This document shows, piece by piece, positions 23,745 to 32,015 of a DNA stretch of 36,960 bases; within the stretch, counting starts at the first letter, position 1; each line of letters opens with the position of its first letter. The position numbers and the translations under genes were made by a program. Source of the stretch: an uncultured Candidatus Peribacteria bacterium (lineage in GTDB: Bacteria; Patescibacteriota; Gracilibacteria; Peribacterales; Peribacteraceae). Under the pieces are notes generated by a model that was not told where the DNA came from, did no database searches, and saw nothing but the letters and a program-made list of their open reading frames with translations. The stretch spans positions 1 to 36,960 of the forward strand of contig CAZLUK010000074.1 in the NCBI GenBank assembly GCA_964562735.1. The letters are read 5' to 3'.

Positions 23745-23805
23745 TGGCTGGTGATCAGTGGTCAGTAATTTCTGTCAAACTATCTACTAACTACTAACCA
23801 CTAAC
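23739..23805. repeat. Word-repeat hairpin after GH15 (TAGTGG / CTACTAAC words)
   Basis: GTTAGTGG (23740-47) pairs perfectly with CCACTAAC (23798-23805). The inner arms pair partially. It overlaps the GH15 stop codon. Confidence 0.5.
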
Positions 23806-23844
23806 GACTTCTCTGGAAATTATTACCTTGAGCTTTCCCTATTC

Positions 23845-24726
23845 ATGTCTCTCCTGCCCTCCACCCTCCTCGGCATCGATCTCGGCGGCACCAAAACGGC
23901 CATTGCGCTCTATGACAAAGACACGATGCAGCAGCTTTCGATTAAAGTTTTTCCGACTGATGCCGCCCGCGGGTTTGATGCCGTGAAGCAGATGTTGCTC
24001 GCCGAGATTGCGGTGCTGCGGCAGAGTGACACGGTCGCAATCGGACTCGGTGTTCCGGGTTTCATCGATCACGTCTCGGGGAAGATCGTCACGATGCCGA
24101 ATATTCTAGGAGCCGAAGGAACCGAGCTTGCGGCTTGCGTTCAGTACGAAACGCGCCTCCCGACCGTGATCGAAAACGATGCGCGCTGTTTTACTTTGGC
24201 GGAAGCACTTTTTGGCGCTGGAAAAAATCACCCGGTCGTCCTCGGCGTTACGCTCGGTACCGGAGTTGGCGGCGGTATTGTCATTGATGGCAAGCTCTAT
24301 CGCGGAGCACGGGGTTACGCTGGTGAAATAGGTCACATGCTTTTGCAGCCAGGACATCCTCCGTATCCTACGAAAGACAAGCGGGGAGAGGTCGAACAGT
24401 TCCTTTCCGGCACCGCCATGGGCAAGCGTTGCGCAGCCGCCGATTCGCCGCAGGATTATCTGGAAGGCCAGGTCTGCGGTTTCATGCAGCCCGATATTTT
24501 CCGCGAGGTCGCATGGCTCATTGTAAGCGTCGTTCATACGATCGATCCCTCGGTGATTATTTTCGGCGGTAGTGCCGGCCGCGCGTTGAAGTCGCATCTT
24601 CAGGTGATAGAACAGGAACTGATCCAGTGGATGCTTCCGAGTATCAAAGCACCGTTACTTGCGGTGAGTGAGCTTAAGGACGCAGCGGTGATGGGTGCGG
24701 CGCTTTTGGCGCGGGAAGTAGTCTAA
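23845..24726 (+). CDS. ROK-family sugar kinase (probable glucokinase)
   Basis: The 293-aa product has LGIDLGGTKTAIAL (ATP-binding) and GTGVGGGIVIDGKLYRGARGYAGEIGH (ROK signature region). Confidence 0.85.
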   Translation: MSLLPSTLLGIDLGGTKTAIALYDKDTMQQLSIKVFPTDAARGFDAVKQMLLAEIAVLRQSDTVAIGLGVPGFIDHVSGKIVTMPNILGAEGTELAACVQYETRLPTVIENDARCFTLAEALFGAGKNHPVVLGVTLGTGVGGGIVIDGKLYRGARGYAGEIGHMLLQPGHPPYPTKDKRGEVEQFLSGTAMGKRCAAADSPQDYLEGQVCGFMQPDIFREVAWLIVSVVHTIDPSVIIFGGSAGRALKSHLQVIEQELIQWMLPSIKAPLLAVSELKDAAVMGAALLAREVV

Positions 24727-24896
24727 GACTTTTTCTCAGGATTCATCCCATGCAGCATGACGTCTTTGACAGCTTCGAATTTGTACGAGAGCACGACGAG
24801 CAGAAGGCCGATGACGAAGATCGTTTTGGACGCGGCTGGGGATGTATACTCAATTGCTTTAATAATTTCGGATATAGCGGCGTAGCCGAACCTCAT
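24723..24896 (-). CDS. Candidate 57-aa single-TM protein (MRFGYAAISEIIKAIEYTSPAASKTIFVIGLLLVVLSYKFEAVKDVMLHGMNPEKKS)
   Basis: Translated base by base from ATG 24896 to TAG 24723; below the track length cut-off. It is preceded by a 15-codon ORF (24940-24893, MPNLVCVIFLCRSHL) whose TGA overlaps this ATG (ATGA). Confidence 0.35.
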   Translation of the reverse strand: MRFGYAAISEIIKAIEYTSPAASKTIFVIGLLLVVLSYKFEAVKDVMLHGMNPEKKS

Positions 24897-24961
24897 AAAT
24901 GGCTTCTACACAGAAAAATCACACAAACAAGGTTCGGCATTATTGAGGCAAAGCCGTATAA
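24849..24961. repeat. Copy 2 of the duplicated 113-bp block (paralog at 1865-1978)
   Basis: See copy 1. It spans the first 16 codons of the 57-aa ORF, the whole 15-codon uORF and 21 nt beyond it. Confidence 0.85.
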
Positions 24962-25020
24962 AATGAAGATGGGTAGACGAGGCCTTGCTTTCCTACACAA
25001 GACACTGTACCGTTGCACCG

Positions 25021-25089
25021 ATGCATCAGTACATTGTTTCTCGTCGGCTCGGTTGGTGGCAGGCTCTCAAGCAATCCGCTTGGCGGTAA
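25021..25089 (+). CDS. trpL: Candidate trp operon leader peptide (MHQYIVSRRLGWWQALKQSAWR)
   Basis: Runs from ATG 25021 to TAA 25087-89. It has tandem UGG UGG at 25054-25059 and a third UGG at 25081. The stop abuts the 5' strand of a putative antiterminator. It lies 74 nt upstream of trpE. Confidence 0.5.
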   Translation: MHQYIVSRRLGWWQALKQSAWR

Positions 25090-25113
25090 GGGTCTTTTGA
25101 ATTCGAATCCAAA

Positions 25114-25144
25114 GCCCTTCCCCTCAGCGGGAGGGCTTTTTTTT
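25114..25144 (+). terminator. Intrinsic terminator (attenuator) immediately upstream of trpE
   Basis: Stem GCCCTTCCC / GGGAGGGC (one bulged T, 6-nt loop), followed by T8 at 25137-25144. The trpE ATG is at 25163. Confidence 0.75.
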
Positions 25145-25162
25145 GTAGCAATTTTACTACCC

Positions 25163-26569
25163 ATGGACTTCCCACTCACCTCTATCACCCTTCGGCCAAA
25201 ACACTGTGATCCGGTGTTTCTGCTTCGGGAACTCGGACTCACACGTGAATACTGCGCATTGCTGGAATCAGCTGATCGTCAGGGAAACAACGATTTTTCG
25301 TTTGTGTCTCTGGGTGCGCGCGATGTTCTGACGATGCAAAACGGCTCAGTCCATGGTTCCCGATACTTCGCCGACGGTATTGTCTCCGATGTTTTGTCGG
25401 TCTTTGAGCAGCATGCCGGTTCAGGGATTCATGGCCAGCGTCTTCGTATGGGATACATTGGGTTTATCAGTTTCGAAGCAGCTAGGCAGCTTGAGAACGT
25501 TGCGCTTATTCCTGATGGAAACATTCCCGATGCCGTGTTTGTATTGCCGGAAGTTCTCCTCAGGATTGATCATGCGAAGCAAGAAGTCACGCTGATCACC
25601 CATAAAGATTCGGAGGAAGATCTTGAAAAGATTCAGAACATCATTCATGCATCCCCGTTCTACGACGATGGAAAAGACAAGACAAGTGTTGTTCTTTCAG
25701 GCCTGCCGCTGCCAACGCTTGAGGAAATCGAATCATACCGCCAAACCTCACGAAAAGATTTCTGTGAAGCTGTTCAGGCAATACAACAGGAGATCGTAGC
25801 CGGCGAAGTATTCCAAGTGGTTCTGAGCCAGGAATTGCGTTTGCGGAACATCGTCAAAGCCGATCACGTGTACGAGCAACTGCGCAGAATCAATCCATCG
25901 CCGTACATGTATTACTTTCATACACCGCAACGGATCATCGTTGGAGCGTCACCGGAAACCCTTGTGCGTGTTGATGGAGATCAGATTGCATATCGTCCGA
26001 TTGCCGGCACTCGCAAGCGTACGGGGAATGCAGAAAAGGACAAAATACTGCAGCTCGATCTCCTTCACGATGAAAAAGAGCGATGCGAACATCAGATGCT
26101 TGTTGATCTCGGGAGAAACGATGTGGGGAGGGTTGCCGAGATAGGATCGGTGCACGTACAAAACGCTTTCCGTATCGAAGAATACGCGCACGTCTATCAT
26201 TTGGTCTCGGAGATCGTGGGGCGCGTGCGCTCAGACAAAACATCACTGGATGTGCTGCGGTCGGTCTTTCCGGCAGGCACGCTTACCGGTGCGCCAAAGG
26301 TGCGAGCAATGGAGATGATTCGGCGCTTTGAACGTTCACCGCGCGGAATATACGGCGGAGCATTCGGTTACATCGATCTCAATGGAAATCTCGATTTCGC
26401 CATCACGATCCGAACAATGCTTTTTCAGGATGATGCGATCAGTCTTCGGGTGGGTGCCGGCATTGTGAAAGACAGCATTCCCGAGCACGAAGACGATGAA
26501 TGTTTGCAGAAAGCAAGAAGCTGCCTTGCAGCTCTGAAGCTTGCCGAACCTTCCAACCAAATGTCATGA
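25163..26569 (+). CDS. trpE: Anthranilate synthase component I
   Basis: From ORF 25013..26569, trimmed to ATG 25163 because the extension contains the terminator. It has LTGAPKVRAMEMI and GIYGGAFGYIDLNGNLDFAITIRT. Confidence 0.95.
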   Translation: MDFPLTSITLRPKHCDPVFLLRELGLTREYCALLESADRQGNNDFSFVSLGARDVLTMQNGSVHGSRYFADGIVSDVLSVFEQHAGSGIHGQRLRMGYIGFISFEAARQLENVALIPDGNIPDAVFVLPEVLLRIDHAKQEVTLITHKDSEEDLEKIQNIIHASPFYDDGKDKTSVVLSGLPLPTLEEIESYRQTSRKDFCEAVQAIQQEIVAGEVFQVVLSQELRLRNIVKADHVYEQLRRINPSPYMYYFHTPQRIIVGASPETLVRVDGDQIAYRPIAGTRKRTGNAEKDKILQLDLLHDEKERCEHQMLVDLGRNDVGRVAEIGSVHVQNAFRIEEYAHVYHLVSEIVGRVRSDKTSLDVLRSVFPAGTLTGAPKVRAMEMIRRFERSPRGIYGGAFGYIDLNGNLDFAITIRTMLFQDDAISLRVGAGIVKDSIPEHEDDECLQKARSCLAALKLAEPSNQMS

Positions 26570-28134
26570 AAACCCTCATTCTCGATAACTACGATTCCTT
26601 CACGTTCAATCTGTATCAAGAGATTGGAGAACTGGGTGGAAACCCCATCGTGAAGCGCAATGACGCGGTGAGCATTCACGACGTGCATCGGCTTGGCATC
26701 ACGCATATCGTCATCAGTCCGGGGCCGGGAAATCCGTATACAAAACGTGATATTGGAATCTCGGAAGAACTCATTGAATGTGCAAAGAAGCAAAAAATTC
26801 CGCTCCTCGGCGTGTGTCTAGGGCATCAGGTTCTTGGCAAACATTTTGGGGCAACGGTGTCGAGAGCGCCCTCCATTTTTCATGGCAAGGCATCGCCGAT
26901 TCATCTGACGAAAAGCAGCCGGCTCTTTGCAGGTGTGCCGAATGGATGCGAGGCGATGCGCTATCACTCGCTTTCTGTCGAGCAAGCGACGATACCATCA
27001 GATCTGTTGGTCACTGCGATCACGAACGATGGCGTCGTGATGGCAATGGAGCATAGAACACTTCCTTTGTATGGAGTGCAGTTTCACCCTGAATCCATCG
27101 GAACACCATTTGGCATGAGAATACTCAAAAATTTCCTTTCGTTTCCAGCATCGTTACATCAGACAGCCACGCACGAATCCTGTGAAGAACTTTTGAACAT
27201 TCTTCTTGCGGAAATGACTTTGGATGACTGTAGGCAAGCAGCATTCGATGCGTTCGTCCGATTGCCCATTACCCCGCACACACTGTATCAAGCGGCAAAA
27301 ATCCTGCGCAGCCACATGGTGCCGGTGAATCTGCCCGGGAAAATTTTGGATACGTGCGGCACCGGCGGGAGCGGTAAGATGACCATCAATACTTCCACAC
27401 TGACTGCATTTCTCGTCGCTGCATGTGGGGGCAAGGTCGCGAAGCATGGCAATAGGTCAGCGAGCGGCAACTGCGGCTCTTTTGATCTATTGGAACGTCT
27501 TGGCGTCAACATTTTGCTGTCGCCGGAAAAAGAAAAACGCATGTTCTCCGCACTCGGAATCGTTTTCCTCTTTGCTCCGCTCCATCATCCGGCACTCAGA
27601 TTCAGCGCTTCTCTGCGCAAACGATACGGAAAGAAGACGATCTTTAATCTCTTGGGTCCGCTCTGCAATCCCGCTTCGGTTACGCGGCAGCTTCTCGGCA
27701 TCGGCAATCCGGAGCAGGCAAGCATGCTCGGTGAAACGTTGGCACTCCTGGGTACCGAGAGAAGTTTTGTGGTTGCGGGGATGGATGGACTCGATGAAGT
27801 TTCCGCCTGTGCTCCAACAGTTGTGTATGACGTTCCACTCGGCCAGAAGTCGTACTTCGTGCCATCGGACTTGGGCTTGCCGGTCTCGCAGACATCACAG
27901 ATCGAAGGTGGTTCTCCGCTTGAGAACGTACAGATCTTCATTGAACTTGCGAAAGGAAGAGGGACAGAAGCACACAGGAGACTTATTCTCGTCAACGCAG
28001 CACATGCAATGCTGGTGGCAGGACTCTGTACAACGCTTTCGGATGCGTATGGTAGGGCAAGCGAGGCACTTCTTTCGGGTGCAGTCCACGATCTTTTTCT
28101 TCGGTATCGGGAACTATCTAACACGCCATCATGA
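26566..28134 (+). CDS. trpGD: Fused anthranilate synthase component II (glutamine amidotransferase) / anthranilate phosphoribosyltransferase
   Basis: The ATG at 26566 overlaps the trpE TGA (ATGA). The N-terminal half is a GATase (ILDNYDSFTFNL, GVCLGHQ, VQFHPES). The C-terminal half is TrpD (DTCGTGGSGKMTINTST, KHGNRSASGNCGSFDLLERLG). Confidence 0.9.
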   Translation: MKTLILDNYDSFTFNLYQEIGELGGNPIVKRNDAVSIHDVHRLGITHIVISPGPGNPYTKRDIGISEELIECAKKQKIPLLGVCLGHQVLGKHFGATVSRAPSIFHGKASPIHLTKSSRLFAGVPNGCEAMRYHSLSVEQATIPSDLLVTAITNDGVVMAMEHRTLPLYGVQFHPESIGTPFGMRILKNFLSFPASLHQTATHESCEELLNILLAEMTLDDCRQAAFDAFVRLPITPHTLYQAAKILRSHMVPVNLPGKILDTCGTGGSGKMTINTSTLTAFLVAACGGKVAKHGNRSASGNCGSFDLLERLGVNILLSPEKEKRMFSALGIVFLFAPLHHPALRFSASLRKRYGKKTIFNLLGPLCNPASVTRQLLGIGNPEQASMLGETLALLGTERSFVVAGMDGLDEVSACAPTVVYDVPLGQKSYFVPSDLGLPVSQTSQIEGGSPLENVQIFIELAKGRGTEAHRRLILVNAAHAMLVAGLCTTLSDAYGRASEALLSGAVHDLFLRYRELSNTPS

Positions 28135-28916
28135 CCATTCTTTCCGAAATTTTGGCGCGCAAGCAGGGAGAAATTGCCTCTCTGCCATGTATCGATGTGG
28201 CAAGGTCGAACAGACATTCGTTGGTTTCCGCAGTGACAAACATATCTCCATCGTTGATCGCCGAAATGAAGCCGATATCTCCGATTCGAGGGCGTCTGAT
28301 CGACGACGAGGATATTCCGGCGATCATCAAACTCTACGAGCGTCATGCACAGGCGATCTCTGTCCTCTGCGACAAGGCGACATTTGGAGGAGGATTTGAG
28401 CTTCTCGCGTCCATACGATCTCAGACAGATCTGCCTCTGCTCGCAAAGGATTTCATTCTCGATATTCGCCAAATATATGCGGCGGCGGCGCACGGTGCCG
28501 ATGCGATATTGCTCATCGCCTCTCTCCTAACGCATGAACGGCTGTTGCACTATGCCAAACAGGCAATCAGCCTGGGTCTCGACGTCTTGCTTGAACTTCA
28601 TGAATCATCGGAAATCGATGCCGCTGACGTTCTCATTCGATCGCTCGGAGCAGAAGAACGAACGCATCTTCTTCTGGGTATCAACAATCGTGACTTGAAA
28701 ACTCAAACCATTGACCTGAAGACGACCAGGACGCTTGCGCAACTTCTCGACATGCGTTTGTCCGACACTTTTCCTCGTATCTCCGAAAGTGGTATTGCTA
28801 CGTCAGAGGATGTGCGTGAGCTTTCATCGCACGTTCAAGGATTTCTGATCGGCTCTGCGATTCTTGTGTCCCATGATCCTGACACGTTTCTTTCTTCTCT
28901 TTTTACTGCATCATGA
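28131..28916 (+). CDS. trpC: Indole-3-glycerol-phosphate synthase
   Basis: The 261-aa product has a 4-nt overlap with trpGD. It has SLIAEMKPISP, AISVLCDKATFGG and LLGINNRDL. Confidence 0.9.
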   Translation: MTILSEILARKQGEIASLPCIDVARSNRHSLVSAVTNISPSLIAEMKPISPIRGRLIDDEDIPAIIKLYERHAQAISVLCDKATFGGGFELLASIRSQTDLPLLAKDFILDIRQIYAAAAHGADAILLIASLLTHERLLHYAKQAISLGLDVLLELHESSEIDAADVLIRSLGAEERTHLLLGINNRDLKTQTIDLKTTRTLAQLLDMRLSDTFPRISESGIATSEDVRELSSHVQGFLIGSAILVSHDPDTFLSSLFTAS

Positions 28917-29506
28917 GACCAAAAGTGAAATTCTGCGGCATGACCAGACGCATCGATATTGTGGCGGCAGAGAAACTGCGTGTGGATTTCATCGGACTTA
29001 TCTTCGTGCCTTCTTCGCCGCGCTCGGTTACCATCGATGAAGCAAAGCAGCTGCGGCGACATATCCGGAGCGCGACGCTTGTCGGGGTTTTTGCCGATCA
29101 TCCTGCCGATCAGATCAACGAGTATGCAAAAGCTCTGCGGCTTGATGTCGTGCAACTGCACGGTCAGCCGGACGTCGAGAAGATTCAAAACGTTCGCACT
29201 CCGGTGATTCAAGCATTTCGCGGTGTCCCGAATGAGAAAATATTCAAGACTTTTTTAAACTTTTGTCCTTACATTCTCATTGATAAAGCAGAAAGTGAAC
29301 ATGAAGCTGATTTTGCATCCATCGCACTTTTACCTTCTGATATTCGATCGAAACTTTTTCTCGCCGGGGGACTGACACCTGCAAATATCAGAACCGCTGC
29401 TGAAAAAATACAGCCATTCGCCGTGGACTGCGCACGAGGTATAGAGTCGCGACCGGGAATCAAAAATCATGATTCCATGTTAGATTTCTTCCGTTCTCTC
29501 AGATGA
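28913..29506 (+). CDS. trpF: Phosphoribosylanthranilate isomerase
   Basis: The 197-aa product has a 4-nt overlap with trpC. It has VKFCGMT, VVQLHG and [11 protein letters not shown]. Confidence 0.9.
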   Translation: MRPKVKFCGMTRRIDIVAAEKLRVDFIGLIFVPSSPRSVTIDEAKQLRRHIRSATLVGVFADHPADQINEYAKALRLDVVQLHGQPDVEKIQNVRTPVIQAFRGVPNEKIFKTFLNFCPYILIDKAESEHEADFASIALLPSDIRSKLFLAGGLTPANIRTAAEKIQPFAVDCARGIESRPGIKNHDSMLDFFRSLR

Positions 29507-30696
29507 AAACTCTTGGAAAATTCGGCACATTCGGCGGTTGCTACGTTTCTGAGCTGCTTATTCCCGTTCTGACGGAGGTCGAAGCAGCATTTCTCCGCCA
29601 CAAGGATGATCCTGATTTTCAAGCAGAACTCAGTACTCTGCTTCGGGAATTTGCGGGAAGACCGACGCCGATAACGCACATGAAAAATCTGAGTAGGGAA
29701 TGTGGTTGTACCGTGATTGTAAAACGCGAAGACTTGTTGCATGGAGGCGCACACAAGACCAACAACGTTTTGGGGCAGGTCTTGCTCGCACAACGTATGG
29801 GAAAGCAAGAGCTGATTGCCGAGACGGGAGCGGGACAGCATGGAGTGGCGGTGGCAATGGCGGGTGCGCTCTACGGCTTCCCAACCAAGATTTTTATGGG
29901 AGCCAAGGACATCGAACGCCAGCATCTGAACGTGCAGCGCATGAAGCTTTTCGGAGCGGAGGTCATCTCCGTCGATTCCGGCTCGCAGAGTCTCAAAGAT
30001 GCTATCAACGATGCGTTGCGCTACTGGACTGCACAGAGTAAGGACACGTACTACGTTTTCGGCACGGTCGCAGGACCACATCCTTTCCCTTCGCTGGTTG
30101 CACATTTCCAGCGAGTGATAGGCGATGAGGCCAGAGCACAGTGTTTGGTTCGATACGGCAAGTTGCCGCATACCGTGTGCGCATGCGTCGGTGGCGGCAG
30201 CAACGCCATCGGAATCTTCAAGGCATTTATCGACGATCCCGGCGTTCGGCTTGTCGGAGTGGAGCCCGCGGGCGAGGGCCTGCATACCGGCAAACACGGC
30301 GCAGTGCTCGGCATGGGTCGGCCGGGATCTCTGCATGGATCGTACAGTTATTGTTTGCAAGACAAAGACGGTCAGATTCTCGAAGCGCACAGTATCTCGG
30401 CGGGGCTCGACTATCCGGGCGTCGGTCCTGAACATAGCTATCTCAAAGAATCGGGGCGCGCACAGTATGTTTCGATCACAGACCAAGCAGCTGTTGATGC
30501 CTTTCTTTTGCTCACAAAAAAAGAAGGAATTATCCCGGCACTCGAATCTTCTCATGCGATTGCTGCAGCGCAAAAGATCGCGTCTTTACTTAAGAAAGAC
30601 GACATCCTTCTCATAAATTTGTCCGGCAGGGGAGATAAAGATATCGATCACGTACTGCGTTACATCAAGGATCATCATTCGATTCCCTTAGGATAA
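29503..30696 (+). CDS. trpB: Tryptophan synthase beta chain
   Basis: The 397-aa product has a 4-nt overlap with trpF. It has [15 protein letters not shown] (PLP lysine region) and [10 protein letters not shown]. Confidence 0.95.
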   Translation: MKTLGKFGTFGGCYVSELLIPVLTEVEAAFLRHKDDPDFQAELSTLLREFAGRPTPITHMKNLSRECGCTVIVKREDLLHGGAHKTNNVLGQVLLAQRMGKQELIAETGAGQHGVAVAMAGALYGFPTKIFMGAKDIERQHLNVQRMKLFGAEVISVDSGSQSLKDAINDALRYWTAQSKDTYYVFGTVAGPHPFPSLVAHFQRVIGDEARAQCLVRYGKLPHTVCACVGGGSNAIGIFKAFIDDPGVRLVGVEPAGEGLHTGKHGAVLGMGRPGSLHGSYSYCLQDKDGQILEAHSISAGLDYPGVGPEHSYLKESGRAQYVSITDQAAVDAFLLLTKKEGIIPALESSHAIAAAQKIASLLKKDDILLINLSGRGDKDIDHVLRYIKDHHSIPLG

Positions 30697-31485
30697 ATGC
30701 CATCGAATCCCTATGCACAGGCTTTGAAAAAGAAGGGGAAAGCGCTCTTTGTTCCTTTTGTCGTTCTCGGAGATCCTGATCGACCGCGATCAATGGACAT
30801 CGTTCGCCTGCTCGTGAAGAACGGAGCGGATGCGCTAGAACTAGGCTTTCCTTTCAGTGATCCGCCGGCAGACGGACCAACGATACAAGCGGCAGACACA
30901 CGTGCTCTTCAGGCCGGCATCCGTATCGATCACTGTTTCGAAATGTTGAAGGAGATCCGGACGTTCACCGATATGTCGATGGGGCTGCTTGTGTACTACA
31001 ATCTCGTTCTCCAAAGAGGAATCGAGAAATTCTATCGCGATTGTTACGAGAGCGGCGTGCATTCCGTGCTGATTGCCGACCTCCCTCTGGAACATGCAGA
31101 GGAGGTGGTACCCATTGCCAAAGCATATCACATCGCTCCTGTCTTCCTCCTAAGCGACGTCACGACGGAAGAGCGGATGAAGAAAATCGCCGAGATCGCA
31201 GACGGGTATCTGTACATCGTTTCGTACAGTGGCGTGACTGGGGTTATCAATGCAGTGCGTGAAGAAAAAATACTGCACGTCATCAAAAAGGCTCGGAGGC
31301 ATACTCGTCTTCCTTTATTTGTAGGGTTTGGTATCAGTAGCCCCGAACAAGCCATGGCTGCCGTTGCATCAGGTGCTGACGGCGTGATTGTAGGAAGCAG
31401 AATAGTACACGAGGTACATTCCCCTCAGAACATACGCAGAATATGCAAAGAAATTGCCGGTTGCCTGATGTCTGATACCAAGTAG
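30697..31485 (+). CDS. trpA: Tryptophan synthase alpha chain
   Basis: The 262-aa product starts directly after the trpB stop. It has LELGFPFSDPPADGPTIQ and FVGFGIS. Confidence 0.95.
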   Translation: MPSNPYAQALKKKGKALFVPFVVLGDPDRPRSMDIVRLLVKNGADALELGFPFSDPPADGPTIQAADTRALQAGIRIDHCFEMLKEIRTFTDMSMGLLVYYNLVLQRGIEKFYRDCYESGVHSVLIADLPLEHAEEVVPIAKAYHIAPVFLLSDVTTEERMKKIAEIADGYLYIVSYSGVTGVINAVREEKILHVIKKARRHTRLPLFVGFGISSPEQAMAAVASGADGVIVGSRIVHEVHSPQNIRRICKEIAGCLMSDTK

Positions 31486-31631
31486 CAATTGAATTGATAC
31501 CGATCTGATGAATCTTAACCTTCCTCGTCTCGTACCGCGTAGCGTTTGCCCAGGCCAAGAATTTCAGCATCGACCCATGAGTGGATTCGTATCAATTCAA
31601 ACGCGAAGTGGTATGAGTAGGTTCAACCGCT

Positions 31632-32015
31632 CTACACATACCTGCGCACCAATTTGAAGAAGATGAAGGAAACCATCAGACCTCCAACTAAGACCATGAG
31701 CCACCAGCCGTAGGAGCCCATTGAGTTCAGCATCGGGTTTTCGCCAACCATGGATGCTTGCATGGAATTGAGCGACGTAGCGAACTCACGGTTTTGGGTG
31801 GGGTCTCCGGCAAGTAATTGTCCCTGAATGGCGTGGTAATTCCGGGTGACGGTTGTGATGGTAAAAGTCAGTAAAGATACTGCGAAACCGCCGATCACGG
31901 AGACCGATATTTCGATTCCCCGATGGTGGCTGCGACCAAGATGCACCGTCAGACTATACCCCCTGATTTTAATTCCGGTAAACAGTGGACGAGACACTAA
32001 TGTCCGGAATGTCAA
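31632..32015 (-). CDS. Small membrane protein (hypothetical); true start probably downstream of 31968
   Basis: The track ORF overlaps the end of the SLH gene by 47 nt. The C-terminal part (...SYGWWLMVLVGGLMVSFIFFKLVRRYV) is TM-like. An AGGGGG lies just after the upstream stop. The start is uncertain. Confidence 0.4.
   Translation of the reverse strand: MTFRTLVSRPLFTGIKIRGYSLTVHLGRSHHRGIEISVSVIGGFAVSLLTFTITTVTRNYHAIQGQLLAGDPTQNREFATSLNSMQASMVGENPMLNSMGSYGWWLMVLVGGLMVSFIFFKLVRRYV

Noticed and set aside
24961-25020. TRAP-type (G/U)AG triplet array upstream of trpE.
   Set aside because: Only scattered GAG/UAG triplets occur, with irregular spacing. There is no run of 9-11 evenly spaced repeats.
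24849-25144. A T-box riboswitch controlling the trp operon. GGUGGC at 25055-60 resembles the T-box UGGN core, and UGGC would fit a G73 tRNA-Trp.
   Set aside because: I could not find a Stem I with a specifier loop presenting UGG plus a purine, an AG bulge or distal-loop motif, or the ACCGCG part of the T-box. The GGUGG is exactly the tandem Trp codons of a leader ORF, which explains the region more simply.
29467-30573. A 368-aa ORF antisense to trpB. Similar long shadow ORFs occur at 27585-28493, 27425-28399, 6578-7222, 7403-8155 and 20356-21129.
   Set aside because: They lie fully inside, or antisense to, genes with unmistakable family motifs. Their products are rich in Arg, Cys and Ser with no recognisable motif. 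This is the typical stop-poor shadow frame of moderately GC-rich coding DNA.
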